The translations under genes were made by a program, and so were the position numbers. A model generated the notes under the pieces. The model saw nothing but the letters and a program-made list of their open reading frames with translations. It did no database searches and was not told the DNA's origin. A stretch of DNA of 64,000 nt from Vicinamibacteria bacterium. Its GTDB lineage: Bacteria > Acidobacteriota > Vicinamibacteria > Marinacidobacterales > Marinacidobacteraceae. How positions within the stretch are numbered: the first letter of the stretch is position 1; the number at the start of each line of letters is the position of its first letter. Below are positions 1 to 9,729 of the stretch, piece by piece. The stretch is from NCBI GenBank assembly GCA_963668695.2, contig CAXXLQ010000004.1, positions 2,624,001 through 2,688,000 on the forward strand, written 5' to 3'.

Positions 1-1281
1 CCCCTCCGTGGACGCTTCGGCGGTCTCCTCCCCCGGTTCGGGTTCGTTGGCCAGAATGCGGAAATCGCCGACATCGCCTACCCGGAAGAGCTGTTTGGCG
101 GTCTGGAAGGTCCACAGGAGTGAGTCGGCGTCCACCCGGGCCCGGTAGTCGGCGATCCGGATCTCCGGCTCCGGCCCGGCTGCGGTCACCACTCCCCGCA
201 CCACCGATCCCATGGCGAGCGGGGCGGTCCAGGAGTCGTCCTCGTATTCAGTGGGCTCGACTCCCTCGTCGACGACGTTTCTGGCGAACCCCCGGAATCC
301 CTGCCGCTTGTCGTGGGCGCGCAGCGCCAGCTCCACCGACTCGGTGGCCTCTCGCTGCATTCGGCTGTCGAGCGTCGTGTAAACCCGAAGTCCCCCCCGG
401 TAGGTCCTCGAGTCTCCGTAGTGGTCCCGCAGATAGCCGCGCACCATCTCCATGAAGTGAGGGGCGAAGCGATCCCTGCCGCGGGAGCGGAGCCGGACAG
501 GTTGTTCCCGTGCTGCCTGCGCCTCGTCCGAAGAAAGGAAGTCCTCGGCGACCATTCGTTCCAACACGATATCCCGCCGCCGTTCGGCCGCCGGGAGACT
601 CCGGAACGGGTTGAAGCGGGCGGGGTTCGGGGCGATGCCGACCAGCATGGCCGCCTCTCCGACGGAGAGGTCCGGACTGCTCTTGCCCAGATAGAACTGG
701 GCCGCCGCCTCGACACCATGGTTCCCGTAACCGAGGAACACCTGGTTGGCGTAGAAGGTGAGGATCTCCTCCTTGCGGTATGCCCGTTCGATCCAAAAGG
801 CCGTGATCGCTTCCTTGATCTTGCGCTCGAGCGTTTCTTCCCGGTTCAGGAACAGCTCGCGCGCCACCTGCTGCGTGATCGTGCTCGCCCCGGAGACGAT
901 GCGGCCGGTTCGGTAGTTGTCCCAGAGCGCCCTCGCGATTCCGATGGGATCGAAACCGAAGTGACGCCAGAAACGCTGATCCTCGGACGCCACCAGGGCG
1001 TCCCGAAGGTGCTGGGGCAGTTCCTCGTAACCCATCTCGATGCGGCGCTCGACGGCGAACTGCCCGATTTCGACTCCGCTCTCGTCATACACGATGGTGG
1101 TTGCGCTTGCTTCGTACCCCTCGAGTTCTTCGATCAGGGGGATGTCGCTCTGATACGCAGCCAACAGCCCGAGCATGGCGCCCCCGATCGCGCTTGCGGT
1201 GAACAGCAGGCCCACCACGACGATGCGGGCGAACTGGCGGCCCGCCGCCGGACGGCGTAGCGCTGATGGAGAACGGGGCAT
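1..1281 (-). CDS. Class A penicillin-binding protein (PBP1A family), runs off the left edge
   Basis: Manual minus-strand translation from ATG 1281: MPRSPSALRR..., TM helix, then transglycosylase motifs (EDQRFWRHFGFD, GASTITQQ, RKIKE, FNPFR). Absent from the ORF track because it has no stop in the window. Confidence 0.9.
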   Translation of the reverse strand, partial: MPRSPSALRRPAAGRQFARIVVVGLLFTASAIGGAMLGLLAAYQSDIPLIEELEGYEASATTIVYDESGVEIGQFAVERRIEMGYEELPQHLRDALVASEDQRFWRHFGFDPIGIARALWDNYRTGRIVSGASTITQQVARELFLNREETLERKIKEAITAFWIERAYRKEEILTFYANQVFLGYGNHGVEAAAQFYLGKSSPDLSVGEAAMLVGIAPNPARFNPFRSLPAAERRRDIVLERMVAEDFLSSDEAQAAREQPVRLRSRGRDRFAPHFMEMVRGYLRDHYGDSRTYRGGLRVYTTLDSRMQREATESVELALRAHDKRQGFRGFARNVVDEGVEPTEYEDDSWTAPLAMGSVVRGVVTAAGPEPEIRIADYRARVDADSLLWTFQTAKQLFRVGDVGDFRILANEPEPGEETAEASTEG

Positions 1282-1282
1282 T

Positions 1283-2209
1283 TCAGGAACCGACAAGGTC
1301 GTTCAACGCCGGCCCGATCGCGGGATGTCCGAACTGGAAGCCGGCAGCGAGCAGACGCCCGGGCATCACTCGCTGGCCGGAGAGCAGCAGCGCGTCGGCC
1401 ATCTCCCCGAAGGCCAATCGCATCGCCAGTCCCGGAGCCGGAAAGATGGTCGGTCTCCGGAGGGCCTTCCCCAGCGCCTTGGTGAAGGCGGCATTCGTGA
1501 CCGGGTTGGGAGACGTGAGGTTGTACGTCGATTCGAGAGACCCGGCGGGAGCCTCGAGGAGGTGGGCGATCGCGGCTGCCACGTCGGCAAGGTGGATCCA
1601 CGGCATCCACTGGCGTCCGCTCCCGAGCCGGCCGCCCACTCCCAGCCGGAACGGAGGAAGCATGGTGGCCAGAGCGCCCCCCTGCGGGGAGAGCACGACC
1701 CCGATTCGGAGGGAGGCGGTCTCGATTCCGCAGTCCCGGGCGGCGCCGGCGGCGGCCTCCCACTCCCTGCACACTTCGGCCAGGAAGTCGTGTCCGGAGG
1801 CGGCGTCTTCGACAAGCTCTTCGTCGCCGCGCGCCCCGTAGTAGCCGACGGCGGAGGCGGCGAGCAGTCGCGAGGGCCCATTCCGGGAGGCGCCCAGGGC
1901 CGCGACCAGGGCTTTCGTGCCTTCGACCCGGCTCTCGCGAATGGCGCGCTTCCGGGCGGTCGTCCAGCGTTTTCCGACCGGCTCTCCGGCAAGGTGGACC
2001 AGGGCGTCGAGCCCTTCCAGAACACCGGCCGGGTCGGCGTTGGTTCCGTCACCGCGAGGGTTCCAGCGGGCGGATCGGACTCCGGGCGGGAACCCCGTGA
2101 GCGCACCTTCGCGCCGGGTGAGCGCCACCACTTCGTGGCCCCGTCCGGCAAGTTCCGAAGCGAGCGCGCGGCCGATCAGGCCCGTCGCTCCCGTGATTCC
2201 AGTCCGCAT
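1283..2209 (-). CDS. TIGR01777 family NAD-dependent epimerase/oxidoreductase (YfcH-like)
   Basis: GATGLIG Rossmann motif, ASAVGYYG, FLAEVCREWE, GRQWMPWIH, and a DUF1731-like C-terminus. Confidence 0.92.
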   Translation of the reverse strand: MRTGITGATGLIGRALASELAGRGHEVVALTRREGALTGFPPGVRSARWNPRGDGTNADPAGVLEGLDALVHLAGEPVGKRWTTARKRAIRESRVEGTKALVAALGASRNGPSRLLAASAVGYYGARGDEELVEDAASGHDFLAEVCREWEAAAGAARDCGIETASLRIGVVLSPQGGALATMLPPFRLGVGGRLGSGRQWMPWIHLADVAAAIAHLLEAPAGSLESTYNLTSPNPVTNAAFTKALGKALRRPTIFPAPGLAMRLAFGEMADALLLSGQRVMPGRLLAAGFQFGHPAIGPALNDLVGS

Positions 2210-2329
2210 CCGAAGGCCAATTGCTCGGCGGCGATTCTAGCCCGCGGCCTCCCGGCCCCCCGACGTTTGAAGGCGGGTCGCACACGAGGGGACAATGAAT
2301 GGGACAATGGTCTGTCCGGGAGGCCTGTG

Positions 2330-4387
2330 ATGCTCCGTTTTCGTTTTCTCTTCGCTCTTTCCCTCGCCCTGTTGGTCGCTTCCGTCGTCACCGCGCAGGA
2401 CAAACGGCCCATGACGATCGTCGAACTGATCGACTTGCCGTCGGTGGGGAGCCCCCGCCTGTCTCCCGACGGGACCCAACTGCTCTACACCCGGAGCGGT
2501 ACCGACTGGAAGAAGAACGGCCGGACGACCCACATCCATCGGATCAACGCCGACGGAAGCGGCGAGGTTCAGCTCACCAACGGTGAGGAAGGGGAGTCCA
2601 GCCCTCGCTGGTCGCCCGACGGAATGCGCGTCGCGTTTCTCGCAAAGCGCGGCGAGGACTCCGAAACGCAGATCTACGGGATGCGCAACAGCGGCGGCGA
2701 GGCGTCCCCGCTGACCGAGCACGACAGCTCGGTGCGGTCGTTCCAGTTCTCTCCCGACGGCCGGCACATCTACTTCACGGCCCCGGACGCCAAGACGCCC
2801 GAGGAAAAGAAGAAGGACAAACTCAAGGACGACGTGTTCGCATTCGACGAGGACTACAAGCAGCACCATCTCTTCCGGGTTGCCCCCGACGGGGCAGGGC
2901 CGCAGCAGGCGGAACGGATCACCGAGGGCGACTATTCGGTGATCGGCTTCCGGCTTTCGGACGACGGCATGCGCGTCGCGCACCACCGGTCCCTCAGCCC
3001 GCTGGTTGACAACCGGGACGAGGGGGAGGTCTGGATCATGGACGTGGACGGCGGGAACGCCGTGCAGTTGACGGATAACACCGTCAGCGAATTCGGCGCC
3101 CAGCTCTCTCCCGATGGCACGCAGCTCATGTTCCTCTCCGATTCGAGCGCCGACTTCGAGACCTATTTCAACGACAACATCTTCGTGATGCCGGCTGCCG
3201 GGGGAGCGCACCGGGTGCTCTACGAGGACATGACCCACGAGGTCAACAGCGCCCGCTGGGCGCCCGACGGCTCGATCTATTTCACCGCCAACACCGGGGT
3301 CCGTACCGAACTCTTCCACGGCACGATGGAGGACGCCGCGCCCACGGCGCTCACCGCCGGCGACCATTCGCTCTCGGGATGGAACTTCCAATCCTCAGCC
3401 GGACAGCACGTCTTCGGGATCAGCAACCGCGAAAACAACGGCGACCTCCACCTCCTGCCGGCGAACGGCGGGGATCCGGTGAAGGTCACGAGCGTCTTCG
3501 ACTATCTGGCCGAGACCTTCGAGCTGCCCGTGCAGGAGGCGATCCGCTGGAAGGGCGAGGACGGGGTGGAAGTCGAAGGACTCCTCTATTACCCGCTCGA
3601 CTACCAGGAAGGGCAGCGCTATCCGCTGATCGTCCAGACCCACGGCGGGCCGGCGGCCTCCGACAAGTTCTCGTTCGGCCGCTGGAGCAGCTATGTCCAG
3701 GTGGCGACGGCTCGCGGTTGGGCGGTCTTCAAGCCCAACTACCGGGGAAGCACCGGTTACGGCGACGACGTTCTCAGGGACATGGTGGGCCACTACTTCA
3801 ACCAGTCCCACCTCGACGTGATGACCGGGGTGGATCACCTGATCGAGCTCGGGATCGCCGACGGGGACCGGATGGCCAAGATGGGCTGGAGCGGCGGCGG
3901 TCACATGACCAACAAGATCATCACCCACACCGACCGCTTCAAGGCGGCGGCGTCAGGCGCCGGAGCGGTGAACTGGATCTCGATGTACGGGACGAGTGAC
4001 GTGCGGATCTACCGGACCCCGTGGTTCGGCGGTACCCCCTGGCAGGAGGACGCGCCGATCGACACCTATTGGGGACACTCGCCGCTGAAGGACATCTACA
4101 AGGTGACCACCCCCACGATCGTGCTCGTCGGCGAGAACGACGTCCGGGTGCCGCCGAACCAGTCGGTGGAGCTCTACCGGGCGCTGAGAACGAACGGAGT
4201 GGACACGCACCTCTACATCGCGCCGCGGGAGCCGCATGGCTGGCAGGAGCTCCGTCACGAGCTCTTCAAGGTGAACATCGAGCTCGATTGGTTCGAGCGT
4301 CACGTGCGAGGCATCGAGTACGAGTGGGAGACGGCCCCCGGCGACGACGAAGAGGAGATGACCACCACGGACGAAGAAAGTCCCTGA
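2330..4387 (+). CDS. Secreted S9 family peptidase (dipeptidyl/acylaminoacyl peptidase), paralog 1
   Basis: Signal peptide MLRFRFLFALSLALL..., PD40/WSPDG propeller repeats, HGGP, NYRGSTGYG, nucleophile GWSGGG, D-V-R-V and EPH triad motifs. Start trimmed from ORF 1175. Confidence 0.92.
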   Translation: MLRFRFLFALSLALLVASVVTAQDKRPMTIVELIDLPSVGSPRLSPDGTQLLYTRSGTDWKKNGRTTHIHRINADGSGEVQLTNGEEGESSPRWSPDGMRVAFLAKRGEDSETQIYGMRNSGGEASPLTEHDSSVRSFQFSPDGRHIYFTAPDAKTPEEKKKDKLKDDVFAFDEDYKQHHLFRVAPDGAGPQQAERITEGDYSVIGFRLSDDGMRVAHHRSLSPLVDNRDEGEVWIMDVDGGNAVQLTDNTVSEFGAQLSPDGTQLMFLSDSSADFETYFNDNIFVMPAAGGAHRVLYEDMTHEVNSARWAPDGSIYFTANTGVRTELFHGTMEDAAPTALTAGDHSLSGWNFQSSAGQHVFGISNRENNGDLHLLPANGGDPVKVTSVFDYLAETFELPVQEAIRWKGEDGVEVEGLLYYPLDYQEGQRYPLIVQTHGGPAASDKFSFGRWSSYVQVATARGWAVFKPNYRGSTGYGDDVLRDMVGHYFNQSHLDVMTGVDHLIELGIADGDRMAKMGWSGGGHMTNKIITHTDRFKAAASGAGAVNWISMYGTSDVRIYRTPWFGGTPWQEDAPIDTYWGHSPLKDIYKVTTPTIVLVGENDVRVPPNQSVELYRALRTNGVDTHLYIAPREPHGWQELRHELFKVNIELDWFERHVRGIEYEWETAPGDDEEEMTTTDEESP

Positions 4388-4424
4388 GCCGGACTCCATC
4401 TCCATCCCTTCGAGCAGGAGTTCG

Positions 4425-6515
4425 GTGAAGGATTCCCCCTCGTCCTGTTTGTCGTCTTGTTTGCGGCTGGCGGCTGTCAGCCTGGTCGGGCTCGCCGCCG
4501 CCGCGCCGTTCGCGTCGGCGCAACAAAAGCGGCCGATGACCATCGTGGAGTTCGTCGAGGTCCCTCGGGTGGGGAGCCCGCGGCTGTCGCCGGACGGAAC
4601 ACAACTCCTCTACACCCGGACCGATGCCGACTGGAAGGAGAACGGCCGCACCACCCACATCCGCCGCATCGGGACCGACGGCACCGGCGACCTGCGGCTG
4701 ACGAACGGCGAGCGGGGCGAGTCGAGTCCCCGCTGGTCCCCTGACGGAGCGTGGGTGGCGTTTCTGGCGCAGCGGGGCGGGAGCCCCTCCGCCCAGATCC
4801 ACCGGATGCGCACCTCGGGCGGGGAGGCGGTTCCGCTGACCGAGCACGAGACTTCGGTGCAGTCGTTCACCTTCTCGCCCGCTGGGGACACCATCTATTT
4901 CATCGCCGCCGACCCCAAGACCCTCGACGAAAAAGAGAAGGACGAACTCCGGGACGATGTCTTCGCCTTCGACGAGAACTACCGGCAGCGTCATCTCTTC
5001 CGGGTGCCGACGGACGGCGACGGGCCGCGGGCGGCCGAGCGGATCACCGAGGGTGACTACTCGGTGGTGGAGTACCGGCTTTCCGACGACGGGAAGCGGA
5101 TCGCCCACTCGCGGGCGCCCACGCCGCTTTTCGACAACCGCGACGAGGGTGAGGTCTGGATCATGGACGTGGATGGTGGGAACGCCGTGCAACTGACCAC
5201 GAACACGGTCAGCGAGCGCGGGGCGCAGGTTTCCCCGGACGGCGGCCGGGTGCTGTTCCTTTCCGAATCGAGCGCCGATTTCGAGACCTATTTCAACACC
5301 AACATCTTTGTCGTGCCGGCCGGCGGAGGAGCGCACCGCCTTCTCTACGAGGACATGGCGCACGAGGTGACCGGCGCGCGGTGGGCGCCCGACGGCTCGA
5401 TCTACTTCATCGCCAACACGGGCGTTCGCACCCAGCTCTTCCACGCCCGGGTGGACGACGAAACGCCCGTGGCGCTCACCGGCGGGGACCAATCCCTGGT
5501 GGGATGGAACTACCACGCGCCCACCGCGCAGCACGTGTTCGGGATCAGCAGGCGCGACGACCGTGGCGACGTTCACCTCCTGGCGGCAGCGGGCGGGGAC
5601 CCGGTGAAGGTCACGAGCGTCTTCGACTACCCGGGCGAGACCTTCGAACTCCCGATCCAGGAAGCGATCCGCTGGAGGGGGGAGGACGGCGTGGAAGTCG
5701 AGGGCCTTCTCTACTACCCGCTCGACTACCGGGAGGGAGCGCGGTATCCGCTCGTCGTGCAGACCCACGGGGGACCCGCGGCTTCCGACAAGTTCTCCTT
5801 CGACTACTGGTCGAACTACACGCAGATTCTGGCCGCCCGGGGCTATCTGGTCTTCAAGCCCAACTACCGGGGGAGCACCGGCTACGGCGACGACTTTCTC
5901 AGGGACATGGTGGGGCACTACTTCCACCAGGCCCATCTGGACGTAATGACCGGGGTGGACCACCTCATCGAGATCGGGATTGCCGACGGCGACCGGATGG
6001 CCAAGATGGGCTGGAGCGGCGGCGGTCATATGACGAACAAGATCATCACCCACACCGATCGCTTCAGAGCGGCGGCCTCGGGCGCCGGGGCGGTGAACTG
6101 GATCTCGATGTACGGCCAGAGCGATGTCCGCACCTATCGGACACCGTGGTTCGGCGGAACGCCGTGGCAGCAGGACGCCCCGATCGATACCTACTGGGGG
6201 CACTCACCGCTCAAGGACATTTACCAGGTGACCACGCCCACCATCGTGCTGGTCGGAGAAAACGATGTCCGGGTTCCGCCGCCCCAATCGGTGGAGCTCT
6301 ACCGGGCGCTCAAGACCAACGGGGTGGACACCCACCTCTACATCGCGCCACGGGAACCGCACGGCTGGCGGGAACTGCGCCACGCGCTCTTCAAGGTCAA
6401 CGTGGAGATCGACTGGTTCGAGCGCCATGTCCGCGGAATCGAGTACCAGTGGGAAACGGCCCCGGATAATTACGAGCCCGAGACGGCCGCCACCACGGAC
6501 GGCCAAAACCCGTAG
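4425..6515 (+). CDS. Secreted S9 family peptidase, paralog 2
   Basis: Same architecture as paralog 1, GWSGGG. Confidence 0.92.
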   Translation: MKDSPSSCLSSCLRLAAVSLVGLAAAAPFASAQQKRPMTIVEFVEVPRVGSPRLSPDGTQLLYTRTDADWKENGRTTHIRRIGTDGTGDLRLTNGERGESSPRWSPDGAWVAFLAQRGGSPSAQIHRMRTSGGEAVPLTEHETSVQSFTFSPAGDTIYFIAADPKTLDEKEKDELRDDVFAFDENYRQRHLFRVPTDGDGPRAAERITEGDYSVVEYRLSDDGKRIAHSRAPTPLFDNRDEGEVWIMDVDGGNAVQLTTNTVSERGAQVSPDGGRVLFLSESSADFETYFNTNIFVVPAGGGAHRLLYEDMAHEVTGARWAPDGSIYFIANTGVRTQLFHARVDDETPVALTGGDQSLVGWNYHAPTAQHVFGISRRDDRGDVHLLAAAGGDPVKVTSVFDYPGETFELPIQEAIRWRGEDGVEVEGLLYYPLDYREGARYPLVVQTHGGPAASDKFSFDYWSNYTQILAARGYLVFKPNYRGSTGYGDDFLRDMVGHYFHQAHLDVMTGVDHLIEIGIADGDRMAKMGWSGGGHMTNKIITHTDRFRAAASGAGAVNWISMYGQSDVRTYRTPWFGGTPWQQDAPIDTYWGHSPLKDIYQVTTPTIVLVGENDVRVPPPQSVELYRALKTNGVDTHLYIAPREPHGWRELRHALFKVNVEIDWFERHVRGIEYQWETAPDNYEPETAATTDGQNP

Positions 6516-6544
6516 CCCGCACAGCGCGCCGCAGGAGAACCTTC

Positions 6545-8620
6545 ATGACGTATTCCCTTTTGCTTCGTTTGGGCTTTCTCGCTGCCGGGTTGGCGGCGAT
6601 GGCCGCCGCGGCCCCCAGCGCATCGGCTCAGGGAAAGCGGCCGATGACGATCGTCGACTTGATCGATGTCCCGCGGGTGGGCAGTCCACGCCTGTCCCCC
6701 GATGGGACCGAACTGCTCTACACCCGCTCGGACACCGATTGGAAACACAACGGCCGGACCACTCACATCCACCGGATAGCTACCGATGGCAGCGGGGACG
6801 TTCGGCTCACGGGCGGAGAGCGCGGAGAGTCCAGCCCGCGCTGGTCTCCCGACGGGGCCTGGATCGCGTTCCTGGCCCGGCGGGGGGAGAGTCCGTTTAC
6901 GCAGATCCACCGGATGTCCAACCGCGGAGGAGAAGCGACACCGCTCACCGAGCACGAAAGCTCGGTGCAGTCGTACGCCTTCTCACCGGACGGGGAGCAC
7001 ATCTACTTCATCGCTCCCGACCCCAAGACCCCCGAGGAAAAGGAGCAGGACGACCTCCGGGACGACATGTTCGCCTTCGACGAGGATTACAAGCAGCGGC
7101 ACCTGTTCCGCGTCCCCACTTCCGGGGAAGGCCCCCGGGATGCGGAACGAATCACCTCGGGCGACTTCTCGGTGCTGGAATTCCGGCTCTCCGGTGACGG
7201 GTCGCGGATCGCCCATTCGCGGGCGCCGACCCCGCTTCTCGACAACCGCGACGAGGGCGAGGTCTGGGTCATGGACACAGGTGGCGGAAACGCCCTCCAG
7301 TTGACCGACAACACGGTGATCGAGAGCGGCGCCCAGCTTTCTCCCGACGGCTCCCAGGTCCTCTTCGTGTCGGCGTCGAGCGCCGACTTCGAGACCTACT
7401 TCAACCGGAATGTCTTCCTGATTCCGGCCGCCGGCGGCCCGCACCGGGTCCTCTACGCGGACTGGCCGCACGAGGCGAACGGAGCCACCTGGGCCCCGGA
7501 CGGTTCGATCTACTTCATCGGCAACACCGGCGTGCGCAGCCAGCTCTTCCACGCCGCGGTGGATGACAACGCGCCCCGGGCGCTCACCGATGGCGACCAC
7601 TCGCTCACGGGATGGAACTTTGCGGCCGCCGCCGGTCAGCACGTCTTCGGGATCAGCAACCGCGAGAACAACGGGGACATCCATCTGCTCCCCGCCGCGG
7701 GAGGCGACCCGGTGAAGGTCACGAGCGTCTTCGACACCCTGGACGAGACCTTCGAGCTGCCGATCCAGGAAGCGGTCCGCTGGCAGGGGGAAGACGGTGT
7801 GGAGGTCGAGGGACTCCTCTACTACCCGCTCGACTACCAGGAGGGACAGCGCTATCCGCTCGTCGTGCAGACCCACGGCGGGCCGCGTTCCTCGGACAAG
7901 TTCTCCTTCGGCCGCTGGGGCAGCTACGTCCCGGTACTTACGGCTCGCGGTTACGCGGTCTTCAAGCCCAACTACCGAGGCAGCACCGGCTACGGTGACG
8001 ATTTCCTCCGGGACATGGTGGGGCACTACTTCAACCAGGCCCATCTGGACGTCATGGCCGGTGTGGACTACCTGATCGAGCGCGGAATCGCCGACGGGGA
8101 CCGGATGGCCAAGATGGGCTGGAGCGCCGGCGGGCACATGACCAACAAGATCATCACCCATACCGGCCGCTTCAAGGCGGCGTCCTCGGGCGCCGGCGCG
8201 GTGAACTGGATCTCCATGTACGGGCAGAGCGACGTGCGCCATCCGCGCACCCCCTGGTTCGGCGGGACTCCCTGGGAGGAGGACGCTCCGATCGACGCCT
8301 ACTGGGGGAATTCGCCGCTCAAGGACATCTACAAGGTCACGACGCCCACCATCGTGATCGTCGGCGAGAACGACGTGCGTGTGCCGATGCCGCAGTCGGT
8401 GGAGCTTTACCGGGCGCTCCGGACGAACGGGGTGGACACTCACCTGTACGTCGCGCCACGGGAGCCGCATGGCTTACGGGAACTCCGCCACCAGCTCTTC
8501 AAGGTCAACGTGGAGATCGACTGGTTCGAGCGACACGTCCGCGGGATGGAGTACGAGTGGGAGACGGCCCCCGGCGAGGACGAGGAGAAAAAGGCGGCCA
8601 CCGACGGCGAGCAGCAGTGA
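6545..8620 (+). CDS. Secreted S9 family peptidase, paralog 3
   Basis: Same architecture, GWSAGG, GGAG RBS upstream. Confidence 0.92.
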   Translation: MTYSLLLRLGFLAAGLAAMAAAAPSASAQGKRPMTIVDLIDVPRVGSPRLSPDGTELLYTRSDTDWKHNGRTTHIHRIATDGSGDVRLTGGERGESSPRWSPDGAWIAFLARRGESPFTQIHRMSNRGGEATPLTEHESSVQSYAFSPDGEHIYFIAPDPKTPEEKEQDDLRDDMFAFDEDYKQRHLFRVPTSGEGPRDAERITSGDFSVLEFRLSGDGSRIAHSRAPTPLLDNRDEGEVWVMDTGGGNALQLTDNTVIESGAQLSPDGSQVLFVSASSADFETYFNRNVFLIPAAGGPHRVLYADWPHEANGATWAPDGSIYFIGNTGVRSQLFHAAVDDNAPRALTDGDHSLTGWNFAAAAGQHVFGISNRENNGDIHLLPAAGGDPVKVTSVFDTLDETFELPIQEAVRWQGEDGVEVEGLLYYPLDYQEGQRYPLVVQTHGGPRSSDKFSFGRWGSYVPVLTARGYAVFKPNYRGSTGYGDDFLRDMVGHYFNQAHLDVMAGVDYLIERGIADGDRMAKMGWSAGGHMTNKIITHTGRFKAASSGAGAVNWISMYGQSDVRHPRTPWFGGTPWEEDAPIDAYWGNSPLKDIYKVTTPTIVIVGENDVRVPMPQSVELYRALRTNGVDTHLYVAPREPHGLRELRHQLFKVNVEIDWFERHVRGMEYEWETAPGEDEEKKAATDGEQQ

Positions 8621-8642
8621 GCGCCGGGGATCGCGCCGGCTC

Positions 8643-8696
8643 GGGAACGCCGGTCTTCAGACCGGCACCGCCGCCCGCAGGGCGGCGAGACGCGAA
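8643..8696 (+). repeat. REP-like double-hairpin repeat, empty form
   Basis: GGGAACGCCGGTCTTCAGACCGGCA followed by a second hairpin CGCCGCCCGCAGGGCGGCG; homologs elsewhere in the window. Confidence 0.75.
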
Positions 8697-8730
8697 GAGG
8701 CAACTCCGTTTGTGGCGCCCACTCGGTTAA

Positions 8731-8909
8731 CAGCCTGTGGATAAAGTGGCGTGAGCGCCGAGAGCGGTGAGGCGCCCGGCTGACAAGGCGCGCGAGGGAG
8801 GAATACCGGGTGTATTTCGACCGAAGCGCAACGATGAACGACGCGAAGCGGAGTGTTTCAGCCGGGATGGATCGCCGCTCGAACGCCGCGAGACTTTGTC
8901 CACAGGCTG
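8731..8909 (+). mobile_element. 179-bp MITE-like element, empty reference copy
   Basis: TIRs CAGCCTGTGGATAAAGT / ACTTTGTCCACAGGCTG (16/17 match), TTAA on both flanks, no coding capacity, homologous copies elsewhere. Confidence 0.85.
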
Positions 8910-8919
8910 TTAAGACGCG

Positions 8920-9666
8920 ATGTGTGGACGCTTCACCCAGTCATCCTCCTGGGAGGAGACCGCCGAACTCTTCGACCTCGAAGAGATTCCGGAGGATCTG
9001 CCCCCCCGCTACAACGTGGCGCCCACGCAGCTCGCGGCGGTAGTACGGAACGAGGGAGTCCGCCGCCTCCGGATGCTCCGCTGGGGGCTGATCCCGAGCG
9101 GAGCCCGGGATCCGTCGATCGGGAATCGGCTCATCAACGCCCGCGCCGAGACGGCCGGTAGTCGGCCTTCCTTCCGGGCGGCCTTCGCTGCCAGGAGGTG
9201 CCTCGTCCCGGTGGACGGTTTCTTCGAGTGGGAGCGTCTTGGGCGGCGCCGGCAACCCTGGCTCTTCCGCATGCGCGAGCCCGGCCCGTTCGCACTCGCC
9301 GGCCTCTTCGAGCGGTGGCGTGCGCCGCCGGCAATCCTCGCCGGTCAAACGTCCGGGATCGGTCGGCCGGAAATCCTGGAGACCTTCACCATCCTCACGA
9401 CGGACGCGAACGACGTCGTGGGCCCAATCCACGATCGGATGCCCGTCATCCTGCACCCCGACACATTTGATCGGTGGCTCACGGGAGGCGAGGTGCCTCT
9501 CGGGCCCTATCCGTCCGCCGCGATGGCGGCCTTCCGGGTCAGTTCCCTGGTGAACAATCCCGCGCACGACGACCCGCGTTGTATCGAGCCGCTCGGGGCG
9601 CGAGCTGAGAGCGGAACGGCCCGATCGGGGGGCAACTCGCCACCCAGCCTCTTCGGCGCCGGCTGA
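8920..9666 (+). CDS. SOS response-associated peptidase (SRAP/YedK/HMCES family)
   Basis: N-terminal MCGRF, RYNVAPTQ, WGLIP, INARAET, GFFEW, IHDRMPVIL. Confidence 0.95.
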   Translation: MCGRFTQSSSWEETAELFDLEEIPEDLPPRYNVAPTQLAAVVRNEGVRRLRMLRWGLIPSGARDPSIGNRLINARAETAGSRPSFRAAFAARRCLVPVDGFFEWERLGRRRQPWLFRMREPGPFALAGLFERWRAPPAILAGQTSGIGRPEILETFTILTTDANDVVGPIHDRMPVILHPDTFDRWLTGGEVPLGPYPSAAMAAFRVSSLVNNPAHDDPRCIEPLGARAESGTARSGGNSPPSLFGAG

Positions 9667-9729
9667 CGGACGGACTGCGGCTCCACCCGGATGCCCCGGC
9701 GGGGCGGGGTCCGGACTCCGGCCGGGCCC

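Noticed and set aside
1175-2329. N-terminal 385 aa of the 1070-aa ORF as a peptidase fusion domain
   Set aside because: It overlaps the TIGR01777 gene on the opposite strand; the real protein begins at the signal peptide at 2330.
2330-8620. Diversity-generating retroelement among the near-identical peptidase segments
   Set aside because: There is no reverse transcriptase, all three copies are full genes, and the differences are not visibly adenine-specific.
8736-8904. Replication origin suggested by DnaA boxes
   Set aside because: The boxes belong to a repeated element's termini; there is no box cluster, AT-rich unwinding element or dnaA/dnaN context.
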